The notes below the pieces were generated by a model that worked only from the letters and a program-made list of their open reading frames with translations, ran no database searches and had not been told where the DNA came from. Position numbers and translations under genes: made by a program. Below are positions 48,201-57,743 of a stretch of DNA of 64,000 nt, piece by piece. Position 1 is the stretch's first letter. Each line of letters starts with the position of its first letter. Source of the stretch: an uncultured virus (IMG/VR IMGVR_UViG_3300037502_002629) (lineage: Duplodnaviria > Heunggongvirae > Uroviricota > Caudoviricetes). The stretch is taken from the IMG/VR virus record IMGVR_UViG_3300037502_002629; one strand, written 5' to 3'.

Positions 48201-50095
48201 ATGGTACTCCCTTTGATTACTCTCAATACTCGAATCAATTTTATCCACGCTATTGGGCAAATTTTGAAAAGTTTGATAGATCTGACATACAATCACCTGT
48301 GAGTTGGGGCGCTATAAAATCTTTTACAGGTGGCAAACTGTCGGATGCACTACTGGGTTGGACAAAAGCGGCTAGTGCATATCATCATTTAGATCGTAAT
48401 GTTAGTGCGACAAATAGTTTTATTGTAACCAGTGCGTGGTTTTATCTTTTTAACAATGGTGTAAGAGACTTTTTTGTAGAAAGCGAAGTAAATCTCGCAT
48501 TTAGAGATTATGGTGAAATTAACAGTGAAAGACACTATGATAAGTACAGTTATACAGACCTTAACGCGATGTTTAGATCTGACATTATTAAAAGTGGTAA
48601 TTATTATAAATACGATTACTCTCTTTCAGTAAGTAAGTTGCTAAATCAGTACAAAAGTTTTAGTGTGATTTTGCCGCGGTCATATGATCCAGCAGTAGCA
48701 GAAACATGCTATAGTTATTATCCTTCTACAGTTTACTATAGTTTACCACAACAATCAGAACAACAGCGAGATGCATGGCGCATTTATCTGGTTAATAACT
48801 ACAAAGACTTTGAGTTTGTAGTTTCAAGTATCAAGCCTATAAACAGAACTGGTGCAATCATATTGTTCCAGGATGCAGAACCAACCAGTATTACGGGTGT
48901 GGACCAACTTGAAACAGGGTTGGGCACTAAGATTACAATTGGTGATGGTGGATTATTTACGCAACCTTTTCAATCTTTAGTTAATGCAGATGATGAGTTT
49001 GAATATGGATCATGTCAAGACACCCGATCAGTAGTTAATACCCCATATGGTATGTTCTACATGAGTAGAGCAAATGGTAAAATCATGCAGTACATAGGGG
49101 GTCAACTTATTGACATAAGCATGAACGGAATGCGGTATTGGTTCATGGAACATCTTCCTTATGTGTTGACTACTCAATTTCCTAAGTTTGATTTAATAGA
49201 AAATACTGTTGTTGGCATTGGTTGTCAGGTTGTATATGATCCTCAGTATGAGATTGTATATTTCTGCAAACGAGATTTTAAAGCCATTGCTACAGTATTC
49301 TACGATGTAGAAGGGAAGTTCTGGTATATCCAAAGACAAAGTGGAACAGAAAAAATTGAGCTTGGTGATCCTAAGTATTTTGAAAACTGCTCATGGACAA
49401 TAAGTTATGATCCAAAAACTAAAATGTGGTTAAGCTTCCACGATTGGCATCCAAACTTTGTGCTGGGTATTAATGATCATTTCTATTCAATAAAAGATCA
49501 GACTTTCTGGAAGCATAATGACACATGTAATAGTTTTTGTAATTATTATGGTATTGATCATCCCTTTGAAGTAGAGTTTCCAGTTAACACGGGCAGTACT
49601 ATTACAACTATAAAAAATATAGAATATACTCTTGAGGTGCTTAATTACTCAACAGATTGCATTGATCCATACCATGTATTGGATGCTAATTTTGATTATG
49701 CAATGTTGTATAACACAGAACAAAATTCGGGGCTATTGAAGTTAAACCTAAAACCTTACAGTCCCGTCAAAATGCTAGAGTATCCTAAAATATTAGCTAA
49801 TCAGATTGAGATTTTGTATTCCAAAGAGGAGAACAAATACAGATTTAATCAATTTTGGGATTCCACTAAAGACCGCGGTGAGTTTACAGGTAATCAGTGG
49901 CGGATGTTTAATACAGAACAAAATGGATATCGTAAAGTATTAAATCCTACTTTTATAGATTATCTCAAGCCCCCGCTACAACGCAAAAAGTTCAGGCATT
50001 ATGGTAATCGTTTGATCCTGGGTAAAACTGTATCAAACAATCTGAAGTATAACCTTAAAGTAGTCAATACTAAAGAAACATTTAGTCCACGATGA
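45266..50095 (+). CDS. tail muzzle/stabilisation protein
   Basis: 1609 aa, beta-propeller-like; C-terminal WTISYDP...WLSFHDWHP. Precedes the cargo genes as in crAss-like phages. Confidence 0.75.
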   Translation: MAENKKDTNNLNSDKSNTYTKGLTKDYNDSYVPEGVWINAINAVTTSHKGDAGVIGNEPSNIYCFTAPYTVIGIVRRDTDTWVVFSTNDVQSEIGIFKESDCSYTKVISDKCLGFKRTNLITGHIQYNFDCTYSVFFADGLNPDRTINLDNVPYEITGYDLTNPDCPIPIYSSCLDCEKIRLNYLTDPPCCNVKKAKGAGSLLNGSYQVVVAYTINAQRVTNYFTPSNIVGLWDHGGIGGGLEITITNLDVRFEEYELVIISTVNSQTTARKLGYYNINQNTVYVDAYNESLPSVDISLISLVTPVYEKCDKMFVLNGYLLRSGVYSKYDFNYQPLANQITTYWQEVQYPADYYFKGGTNTSYLRDEQYCFFIRWLYNDGDKSASYHIPGRSANSTDFQIRTGPDVLFGDNLEWQVYNTATVTNSNVNSALADGGIVLREGLMGYWESSERYPVNRPEVWGDLCGVPIRHHKFPDNGVTHIHNQGGDKINILGVRFDNIRHPVDNNGNLISNIIGYEVLRGSREGNRTIIAKGLLNNMRIYKNPDGKEVLYQNYPYNSLKADYFLRQSLANGGESPDNDGQALTGYKRDYYSFHSPDTNFNRPFLNINEVRLYTKQYGSTAGRFDYVYGHPKQKLITNVSYLIALFLGIGISLKAAFGNRNIEKTADDVTAMAGAGLIASSYGLFGVNGGAVGALASRLGLAPTAISSGNYGGYLAGTTNGIHGGNWGGIQFPSVVETGGDLSRLNFGSLFPGSMTKPGRVAVELADYALYITTIAYWAGLGLDAALNIIYQLIPFTKYALQFNSHGFYDKYKPIGLQYPNTIGHVRREHDLSLYINNQLQTFDATYNINNLYRNNYVGVKIKGTFQDVSAGEPSIVDNSQKRVRDSNAVSFNNPINGTVTATTSAYYAGLKVDYVNQYGQLNGVVQIPIQPCYAPTSAKLPDKIYSSPTLFGGDIYINRYTEKNPFFYFVEWLYDFPDGTPFDYSQYSNQFYPRYWANFEKFDRSDIQSPVSWGAIKSFTGGKLSDALLGWTKAASAYHHLDRNVSATNSFIVTSAWFYLFNNGVRDFFVESEVNLAFRDYGEINSERHYDKYSYTDLNAMFRSDIIKSGNYYKYDYSLSVSKLLNQYKSFSVILPRSYDPAVAETCYSYYPSTVYYSLPQQSEQQRDAWRIYLVNNYKDFEFVVSSIKPINRTGAIILFQDAEPTSITGVDQLETGLGTKITIGDGGLFTQPFQSLVNADDEFEYGSCQDTRSVVNTPYGMFYMSRANGKIMQYIGGQLIDISMNGMRYWFMEHLPYVLTTQFPKFDLIENTVVGIGCQVVYDPQYEIVYFCKRDFKAIATVFYDVEGKFWYIQRQSGTEKIELGDPKYFENCSWTISYDPKTKMWLSFHDWHPNFVLGINDHFYSIKDQTFWKHNDTCNSFCNYYGIDHPFEVEFPVNTGSTITTIKNIEYTLEVLNYSTDCIDPYHVLDANFDYAMLYNTEQNSGLLKLNLKPYSPVKMLEYPKILANQIEILYSKEENKYRFNQFWDSTKDRGEFTGNQWRMFNTEQNGYRKVLNPTFIDYLKPPLQRKKFRHYGNRLILGKTVSNNLKYNLKVVNTKETFSPR

Positions 50096-52590
50096 AGACT
50101 GATAAACTCTTACATCTTATCCAACAGAAGAATGCAATGCGTTCTGGTGGAGCTCTTCCATTACCTAAAGCTCAGAGTGGTAGAGATCAGTTTTTAGGAC
50201 CTACAGTAGAGAAAGCTAAGCTAATGTTTCCTATTCCAGCTCCTAAATTACCATTGGGGTTGCATCCATATGTAAACTTTGTAGATACTAGAGTTATGGA
50301 TCCTGTAGTACCAGGTAAAGTACTGGAAGCAACAAGAAAACATGATATCCTTGGAGTGCCTAGAGAACAGCTGATTAAAACTGTAAATCAAGCACGAGAG
50401 GTAGGAACTGATCCAGCTACTTTAGCTGCAATATTTGCATGGGAAACTAGATTAGGTGAAACTGATCCTCAACTGGGACATTCTAGATATCATGATACTC
50501 CAACTATTGAAGGTCTTGATGAGTTTAGTACACAAGCAAATATTGGGGCTCAGTCTTTAAAAGATCAGTTAGAATATGGTAGAAAGATATATCCTAAAGG
50601 TCCTTTTTATAAACAGTTACAAGCGTATCAAGGATATGGACCTCTTTATCCTGACACTGAAAAAAGTTATTACAAAAAGGAAAACCAAGCATTTTTTGGT
50701 ATTCCAGTAACAAAGAAAAATCCACTAAGAACTAACAAGGTATTTCCTTATGGTAAAACTATACAGCAATATAGAGATTCAGTTATCATACCTACTTTAG
50801 AGAAGTATGGTATTGACTATAAACAAGATGGTGGTCCAATAATGAATCCTTATATGCCTGGTGTACCCATTGCAACAGGTGCGGCTACTCCTGTGATGGG
50901 TCCTGTTGATTATGCACTTATTGGTTTACCAAGATCAATTGGTGAAGGTGTAGTTTTAGCTTCACGAATGCTTTCTAAAACGCCAGACTTATATGATGTA
51001 AGTAAAGCTAGAAATATATCCTATGCAAATGAGTTATATAAAGACATAAAAAATACATTTACTAATCTATCTAAAAAACAAAAAGGTGGTCCAAATAACT
51101 CACAACTAGCAGATTTAATTAAAGAATATCAAACTGTACAAGAACAAGTAAATAAAGGTCCTCAAGATCCTTATGTAGATAAAATGCGGGAAGTAGCTGA
51201 TAGACTAATCGCAGAAAATTTTGATCTTGAATTACCTGAAGATATAGCAAATCATCCAACAACAACAGGTAAGTGCATTGGAACATCGTGTTATTTAGCA
51301 AGAGAGTCAGGTGATCCATTTTTCTATTATAGTAATTCTGCAGCTCAAGATGCTGCAATGGATCCTGAGTCAAGTAGACGTCTTACGCAGGATGTCAAAG
51401 AAATTGAACCTGGTTCTATTGTTCAGTTTAAGAGAGATAATGATCCAAAAAAAGGACCATATCACGCTTATACAGTATATGATATTTTAGCGCCCGATGA
51501 AAACGGTGTTAGAGAAGTTGTGATGGTTGGGGATCCTGGGTCTCAAGGCATTACAAAAAATAGTTATTATTTAGGACCCGATAACAAACTATATAGAGAT
51601 AAAGATTTAAAAGATAAAAGAGAAGTTCAGCTTTTAAATAGAAAATCATCTGCTAGAAGTACTTACAATGAATTAGTTAGGCAAAGAGATGCTTTAAAGA
51701 CTCAAATAGACGAGTTAGATCCTAAGTACTTTAATCCCCAACGTACTTTATATTATGAAGAAGACTCTTATAAACCCTTAGAGGTATTTTTCAACAAGGG
51801 TGCTTTTTATGGTGGTGATCCTGAAAATTATGAATACGATACACCAGAACGAGATCAAACATATGCATTAGGTGTAGATCGCGGTGATAATAGGTTCAGA
51901 GAACAAATTAATTTAAAAGACTCTAAGCTTGGTGAAATAATGAAAAATGCCCGTGACATGAAGCTTGATGTTATGAAGAAATATAACATTGGCAGTCACG
52001 AGTACGATGCTATTGTAAAAAACATGCTTGGTGTTTATGGTGCTGAAACTAAGTTTGGTACTGATTATGTATCTGATAAAAAACTAAAGCATTTACCAAT
52101 AAAAGTACCTATTCCAGAACCACAATGGCTTAGTAAAATAATAGGTGTGGGTACTGTTGGTCCTTTTCAATTGGGAAGGAAAAACTTTAGCAAAGAACTA
52201 AAAGAAAAATATAGTAATAAAGATCTTCATGATCCTGTAAAAGCTTCGCAAGCTGCCATAGAGTATTTTGCTGAAAATATATCTAATCTTAGAGCAAGAT
52301 CTAAAGCCAGCCCCGAAAGTAAGTATTATATGCAGAATGTAAATCCCGAGAATTATTTAGAGTACCTTCCTTATATATACTCAGGCCAAAGCTGGTTAAC
52401 GGGAGACAAGAATACAAAGAAGAGATATAACGATGTAGTTGCAGGAGAGCATCCATATAAAAAGTTAGTAGATTATTACTCAGGTTTATTTGATGTATTT
52501 TCTCCTGACTTTGATCCTGTTGAAATTACAGGAAAGAGAAGGAAAGGTGGTCAGAATAAACTTAAAATCAGAATAAAAAAATCAAACTAA
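50092..52590 (+). CDS. virion cargo protein with putative peptidoglycan-hydrolase domains
   Basis: Lysozyme/SLT-like AIFAWETRLG...QAYQG; NlpC/P60-like KCIG...PGSIVQF...HA; second SLT-like GAETKFG...GPFQL...DP. Confidence 0.6.
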   Translation: MKTDKLLHLIQQKNAMRSGGALPLPKAQSGRDQFLGPTVEKAKLMFPIPAPKLPLGLHPYVNFVDTRVMDPVVPGKVLEATRKHDILGVPREQLIKTVNQAREVGTDPATLAAIFAWETRLGETDPQLGHSRYHDTPTIEGLDEFSTQANIGAQSLKDQLEYGRKIYPKGPFYKQLQAYQGYGPLYPDTEKSYYKKENQAFFGIPVTKKNPLRTNKVFPYGKTIQQYRDSVIIPTLEKYGIDYKQDGGPIMNPYMPGVPIATGAATPVMGPVDYALIGLPRSIGEGVVLASRMLSKTPDLYDVSKARNISYANELYKDIKNTFTNLSKKQKGGPNNSQLADLIKEYQTVQEQVNKGPQDPYVDKMREVADRLIAENFDLELPEDIANHPTTTGKCIGTSCYLARESGDPFFYYSNSAAQDAAMDPESSRRLTQDVKEIEPGSIVQFKRDNDPKKGPYHAYTVYDILAPDENGVREVVMVGDPGSQGITKNSYYLGPDNKLYRDKDLKDKREVQLLNRKSSARSTYNELVRQRDALKTQIDELDPKYFNPQRTLYYEEDSYKPLEVFFNKGAFYGGDPENYEYDTPERDQTYALGVDRGDNRFREQINLKDSKLGEIMKNARDMKLDVMKKYNIGSHEYDAIVKNMLGVYGAETKFGTDYVSDKKLKHLPIKVPIPEPQWLSKIIGVGTVGPFQLGRKNFSKELKEKYSNKDLHDPVKASQAAIEYFAENISNLRARSKASPESKYYMQNVNPENYLEYLPYIYSGQSWLTGDKNTKKRYNDVVAGEHPYKKLVDYYSGLFDVFSPDFDPVEITGKRRKGGQNKLKIRIKKSN

Positions 52591-52592
52591 AT

Positions 52593-54275
52593 ATGAAGGA
52601 GTTCAAACCTATTATATCTAATCAGGAAGGGCAGAATCTTTTCCCTGGATATCCTACTGTAATTAAGGGAACAGATATTACTATGAAAAACACTGAACCT
52701 CAAGTTGCTATAACGCCCTATGGAGCATCTTATATGTCACCTGGTCAAGATTATTCTTTTGCTGGTGATTCTGCAAAAGCTACTATTGCAGAATTTCCCA
52801 TCGCTCAAATGGGTGGACAAGGAACTCAAGAAGATGGACAGGAGCAGCTGATGCAAATACTACAGATTTATGCTCAGATGAAGCAAATTCCTATTGAGAA
52901 ACTTGTTGAGCAGATTAGTGCACTTAGTGACAAAGAAAAAGAGCAATCTATAACAGCTATAGTTGAACAAGTGCAAAGTGCAATGCAAGAGCAACAGATG
53001 CAACAGCAGCAAATGGCGGCTCAACAAATGTCTGGAAACCAACAACAGATGCCCATGGCTATGGCTGGTGGTAAAGCTTGCATTGATTGTGAAGAGCAGT
53101 TTCCCCAAGCGCAGAATCTTAATTGGTTCTACAAAGCTGAAGGTGGAGAAGCTTTTCCACAAGCTAATCCATATCCTCACATGTATGCTGATGGCGGTGA
53201 AGCATTTCCTCAAGCTCAAACATATCTTCCATATGATAGACCTGGTGAAACTAGACCTAACTTCATGTTTCAATCAGGTGGTCTTTCAGATCAATATGGT
53301 GGTACTACTGACATTGATCAGGCATATCAGATAATGAAGCGCGGCGGCATGGACATGAATCCTAAAAAGAAAAAAGGTGGCAAGTTTACCCCAGAATCAT
53401 TTGAAGAGTATGTGATGAAAAATGGTGGTTATCTACCTAAACATCAAGCAACTGGTTCAACGTTTGCAGATGAATACAATAAATTTCTAAAGCAAAAAAA
53501 TGATTTCACAAATAGTCTTAATGAACGTGATCGAATAACTCTTGAAAATTACCGCTTACAAAACTCAAAAAATACACCCGAAAATCCAAGATATGCTTCA
53601 CGTTGGCTAAATGCGGGGATGTTACCTACTAAAAGTAATGTTGGATTATCAGCCCTGAATGCATTAGCTAGTGCAATAGATTTTGGCGCAAATATGGTTG
53701 CAAGACAAGGTGGTGGATTGCCAAAGCATCAGTTTATGAATTCAACAACTGGTTCAAACAATATGAGATTAAAAGAAAATCAAAGTGTTTTTGGCGGGCT
53801 GGATGCACAAGGTAATCGTACTTATAACTTTGATAATATACCTGATACAGGTTTATCTGGTGACAAAGAAAAAGGAGCGGGTAATAGATTTTCATTTAAC
53901 ACGCCCTTTGCTGCCCAACAAGTTAACAAGCTTAACGCTATAGGGGATTTTTTTGAAGGTATCAATGCATTGAAGGAAGAAGACAAATTATTAGCAAAAG
54001 GTCCTAATACCTCAGCTTGGATGCCTGTTATGCAATCAAATGATAAAGGAGATTATATGGCAGGTATGTTTAGACCCAATGATTACACATATTCTCAATC
54101 AGGCCGCGGTATGCAAAATCAACAAGCATTTTATGGTCAAGCTGGTGGTACTAAAACTATGCTTGATTTTTATCAAGATGGTGATGAAGTAGATTTAGAT
54201 GGTATGTCTGAACAGGAGGTTCGCAACTTTATCAATGCAATCTACGCTGCAGGTGGATCTGTTGAATATCTTTGA
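52593..54275 (+). CDS. virion cargo protein, low-complexity with xxGG repeats
   Basis: 560 aa, Q/M-rich, many xxGG motifs. Confidence 0.7.
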   Translation: MKEFKPIISNQEGQNLFPGYPTVIKGTDITMKNTEPQVAITPYGASYMSPGQDYSFAGDSAKATIAEFPIAQMGGQGTQEDGQEQLMQILQIYAQMKQIPIEKLVEQISALSDKEKEQSITAIVEQVQSAMQEQQMQQQQMAAQQMSGNQQQMPMAMAGGKACIDCEEQFPQAQNLNWFYKAEGGEAFPQANPYPHMYADGGEAFPQAQTYLPYDRPGETRPNFMFQSGGLSDQYGGTTDIDQAYQIMKRGGMDMNPKKKKGGKFTPESFEEYVMKNGGYLPKHQATGSTFADEYNKFLKQKNDFTNSLNERDRITLENYRLQNSKNTPENPRYASRWLNAGMLPTKSNVGLSALNALASAIDFGANMVARQGGGLPKHQFMNSTTGSNNMRLKENQSVFGGLDAQGNRTYNFDNIPDTGLSGDKEKGAGNRFSFNTPFAAQQVNKLNAIGDFFEGINALKEEDKLLAKGPNTSAWMPVMQSNDKGDYMAGMFRPNDYTYSQSGRGMQNQQAFYGQAGGTKTMLDFYQDGDEVDLDGMSEQEVRNFINAIYAAGGSVEYL

Positions 54276-54338
54276 TATTCCAAGAATTATTCGTAAATTT
54301 AAACAACTGGTGTTTACACTAATAAACTTCAAAAGTTT

Positions 54339-57300
54339 ATGAAAATTAAAATAAACAGAGTAAGAGGTGGTAGTATGGGCGATCAGCGCGACTATGGGCT
54401 GGTCACAGGTAGTGTATGGAACTACGAGCTTAAACCTGACACTAATCGTGTATCAGATGTATTGAGTCCAGTACCACGTGATGAAGCTAACATAGAGGCT
54501 GAGCGCGGGGAAACTATCGTGGGAGATCTAAACAACGATGGTATGGTAGAACATGCTATCGTGGGCGGCAAGCGACACTTCCAAGGCGGAACACCTCTTA
54601 ACGTACCTGATGGTAGCTTTGTATTTTCAGATTATAACAAGCTCAAGATAAAAAATAAAGATCTTCTTAAAGGAATCTTTAACTACGGTGGTAGTAAGGG
54701 TGCTACACCTGCACAAGTAGCTAAGCGTTACGAACTTAATAAGTACGTAGATATCCTCAATGACCCTGAGTCAGATCCATTAGATAAAAAGACAGCGCAG
54801 TTAATGTTGGATAACAACATGAAGAAGCTGGGTCAGCTTGCGCTGGTTCAGGAAGGTATGAAGGGATTCCCAGATGGTATCCCTGATATTGCTGCTCCTT
54901 TATTTGCTTCTGACATAGCAGTTTCTAGTCCTTCACAACAAGTAATGAAGAGGGGTGGACTTGTTAAGTATCAAGCAGCTGGTCAAAAGAAACAAATGAG
55001 CGAGGATGAAAATTCGGCAATGCATGGCAGGGTTAGGAAAAAAGCATTTGATAACGCATATAAAAAATGGCTGAAATCTCCAGTTGGTAGTCAAGAAAAA
55101 AAAGATGCATATCAGGCGATGGTTAATACTAATTATAATATACCTGATGATGTTAAAAAGTTCTATTTAGACCGTATGACTCCTGCTCAACGAGAAAGTG
55201 CAGCAAAAGCAGATAGTACTGCTCGTTCAAATTCTAAAAGAGACTGGGATGAATTTTGGCCCGCTAGTCTATCAATGCCAGATATACCATATCAATATAA
55301 ACATTCTGCTGAATATTTTAAAAAATATATCTCAAATGAGAGGGCAATGAATCCTTTGTTTGGCATGTATAGTAGTCCATCAGAATTAATGGAGATTGAT
55401 GAATATGTTAAAGAACAAGAGAAAAAATATCAACAGGCAGTAAGAGATTCAACAGCTCAAGCAACAGCTCAAGCAAAAGTTAATCAATACAGAGCAGATT
55501 TAAGTTCTAAACCAGCACCTGCAGGTAATGATCCTTACAATCAATTAAGTAGTTTATTTTATAACTGGGAAAAAAAGTGGAAAGCTGCATTAGCTTTAAA
55601 TGATACTGAAGCTATTAAAAAGCTAAAGCAGGAGGGTGCTAATCTCAAAACTTTATTATATGAAACTGACATACCTGGATCTCTAACCTTCAATCTTTCA
55701 TGGCTATATCCATCTACAAGAGATGTAGCCTGGGGTACTGAACAAGGTAAAATACAGGACATGGGTGACATAGTTCAGAACTATATAGATTATTATGATG
55801 AAAGTGGTAAAAAAGCATCTCAAGCAGCTGAGTTTCGAAGAAAAACACTACCAAATAAAAAAGTATTAGAAAAGGATATAAATAACGCACAGAGTATTGT
55901 AAACACATTTGTTCAGACAGGTAAACTACCAAGTGGTGTAACAACAGATGATTATTTTAATGCTCAAAAGCTTCTTGATGAAGTCAAACCACGGCTTACT
56001 GATGCGTATTCCAACTATTTTGAACCTGGTACAAAAGCGTTAGAAACATATTATCCATTACAAGATCCTAATTTTATTTACAATTACGCAAGCCCATTTA
56101 ACAGTACGCCTGCTAAGCCAGCTACAGTACAAGTAGTTAATGAAGAACAAGTACAAGAACCAGTTCCCCCAGCTGGAGGAGATGCTATGGTTACAAACCA
56201 ACAGTCATCTACACAATCCACTGCAACTACTCCTAAAAAAGACAATAAAGTTATTACTGTAGATCCTACTTCTGTATCACCAAATAGATATTATTACAAT
56301 CCTGGTGATACGTTAGGTCCAGTACCTCAAAAAGAAGGAGGATCTTTGCAGTTATATCAAAGCGCTGGAACCTTCCAGCAATACCCCACAAAATCTTTTA
56401 TAAAGAGTAATGATAAATTTAAAGTAGTTCCAACTGCTAAAAAATACGGATCATTTAATGTTCAGAAGTTTGATCCACAAACAGGTTATTATAGTGTTGT
56501 CAATCCCAGTACTGGTCAAACTGAAAAACTTGATATCGATGATTTTATAACACGACAAAATGCAATTTTATCTAAATATACAGGAGGCGTTGATGAATGG
56601 AAAAAGAACCTTGTATCACCTAATCAAGTTACACGCGAAAGTGCTATAGATTGGTTTCAAGATGAATATGACAAATTTCGTCAAGCTAGTGGATTTTCTC
56701 CTTATTTCTTTGGTAGAGCGGGTGATTCTAAAACACGAGCATATGCCCGAGATAAAAAATTTGGGGTATATACATTTTCAGCTCCAGGTATTACAGCAGT
56801 AGAACCAACTCCTCCAGCAACTAATCCTCCAGCTGCTAATCCTCCTGCAGATGGTGGTACTCAACAAAAAACAACAGTAAGCGACCCGTCTGTGCCTCAG
56901 TATACACAAGGGGCAGTAGGTGCTCCTTGGTGGAATTACGATATAGTTAATTATGCTAATCAGTTAGCGAATTATTATGATATTGAACGCGGTAATCTTC
57001 CTCCTTACCAAACCTTTAATCCATATGTAGCAAATCCTGTATATGTAGATCCAGCCAGAGCCATTGCACAACAGCAAGGTCTTACAGCTCAAACACAGGA
57101 AGCAATAGGTGCAAATTCTAATCCTACGCAAGCAAGGGTTAATCAGATTTTAGCTGCTGCTAATGCATCTAAAAATATTGCCGATACTATGGCTCAATAT
57201 GATAATCAAAATGCTCAGATTGCTAATCAGTTTAGTCAGCAAAATGCGCAGGTGATGAATCAAGCTCAGCTACAAAATTTGAATTTACGTAAGAGATATG

Positions 57301-57740
57301 CAGATGAGATTGAAACAAGAAGGCAGCAGTATCTCAATGCATTAAGAGAAGGCAGGACAGATGTTGCTGAATCTATTATGCAAGGTATGAAAAATGCAGC
57401 TGAAACTTCTTGGGTAAATGCTACATCTGACAGTTATGCTGTAGATCCTCGTACAGGAACTGTGTACTTTAAACAAGGATTTGATCCTAAAACGGGTGCT
57501 TATAGATCTAAAAATAATCTCACGTATGCTGAATGGGTGAAAGCAAATGGACTTGAAGGTGCAGCTGATCAAGCTACTTTAGTAAAAGCATATACTGAAT
57601 ATCTCAGTGATCAACGCGATGAGAGAGCTCAAAGTCTTACAAGAAGAAGAAGTACTGCTGCAAGTAAAGCAGGGGGTAAAGTAAAATACATGCACGGAGG
57701 AGTAGTGTTCAATCCTATTGATGACATTTGGAATATTTAA
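54339..57740 (+). CDS. virion cargo protein
   Basis: ANIEAERGET...GKRHFQGG...FVFSD N-terminal domain typical of crAss-like cargo proteins; Q/N/A-rich C-terminus. Confidence 0.7.
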   Translation: MKIKINRVRGGSMGDQRDYGLVTGSVWNYELKPDTNRVSDVLSPVPRDEANIEAERGETIVGDLNNDGMVEHAIVGGKRHFQGGTPLNVPDGSFVFSDYNKLKIKNKDLLKGIFNYGGSKGATPAQVAKRYELNKYVDILNDPESDPLDKKTAQLMLDNNMKKLGQLALVQEGMKGFPDGIPDIAAPLFASDIAVSSPSQQVMKRGGLVKYQAAGQKKQMSEDENSAMHGRVRKKAFDNAYKKWLKSPVGSQEKKDAYQAMVNTNYNIPDDVKKFYLDRMTPAQRESAAKADSTARSNSKRDWDEFWPASLSMPDIPYQYKHSAEYFKKYISNERAMNPLFGMYSSPSELMEIDEYVKEQEKKYQQAVRDSTAQATAQAKVNQYRADLSSKPAPAGNDPYNQLSSLFYNWEKKWKAALALNDTEAIKKLKQEGANLKTLLYETDIPGSLTFNLSWLYPSTRDVAWGTEQGKIQDMGDIVQNYIDYYDESGKKASQAAEFRRKTLPNKKVLEKDINNAQSIVNTFVQTGKLPSGVTTDDYFNAQKLLDEVKPRLTDAYSNYFEPGTKALETYYPLQDPNFIYNYASPFNSTPAKPATVQVVNEEQVQEPVPPAGGDAMVTNQQSSTQSTATTPKKDNKVITVDPTSVSPNRYYYNPGDTLGPVPQKEGGSLQLYQSAGTFQQYPTKSFIKSNDKFKVVPTAKKYGSFNVQKFDPQTGYYSVVNPSTGQTEKLDIDDFITRQNAILSKYTGGVDEWKKNLVSPNQVTRESAIDWFQDEYDKFRQASGFSPYFFGRAGDSKTRAYARDKKFGVYTFSAPGITAVEPTPPATNPPAANPPADGGTQQKTTVSDPSVPQYTQGAVGAPWWNYDIVNYANQLANYYDIERGNLPPYQTFNPYVANPVYVDPARAIAQQQGLTAQTQEAIGANSNPTQARVNQILAAANASKNIADTMAQYDNQNAQIANQFSQQNAQVMNQAQLQNLNLRKRYADEIETRRQQYLNALREGRTDVAESIMQGMKNAAETSWVNATSDSYAVDPRTGTVYFKQGFDPKTGAYRSKNNLTYAEWVKANGLEGAADQATLVKAYTEYLSDQRDERAQSLTRRRSTAASKAGGKVKYMHGGVVFNPIDDIWNI

Positions 57741-57743
57741 TCT

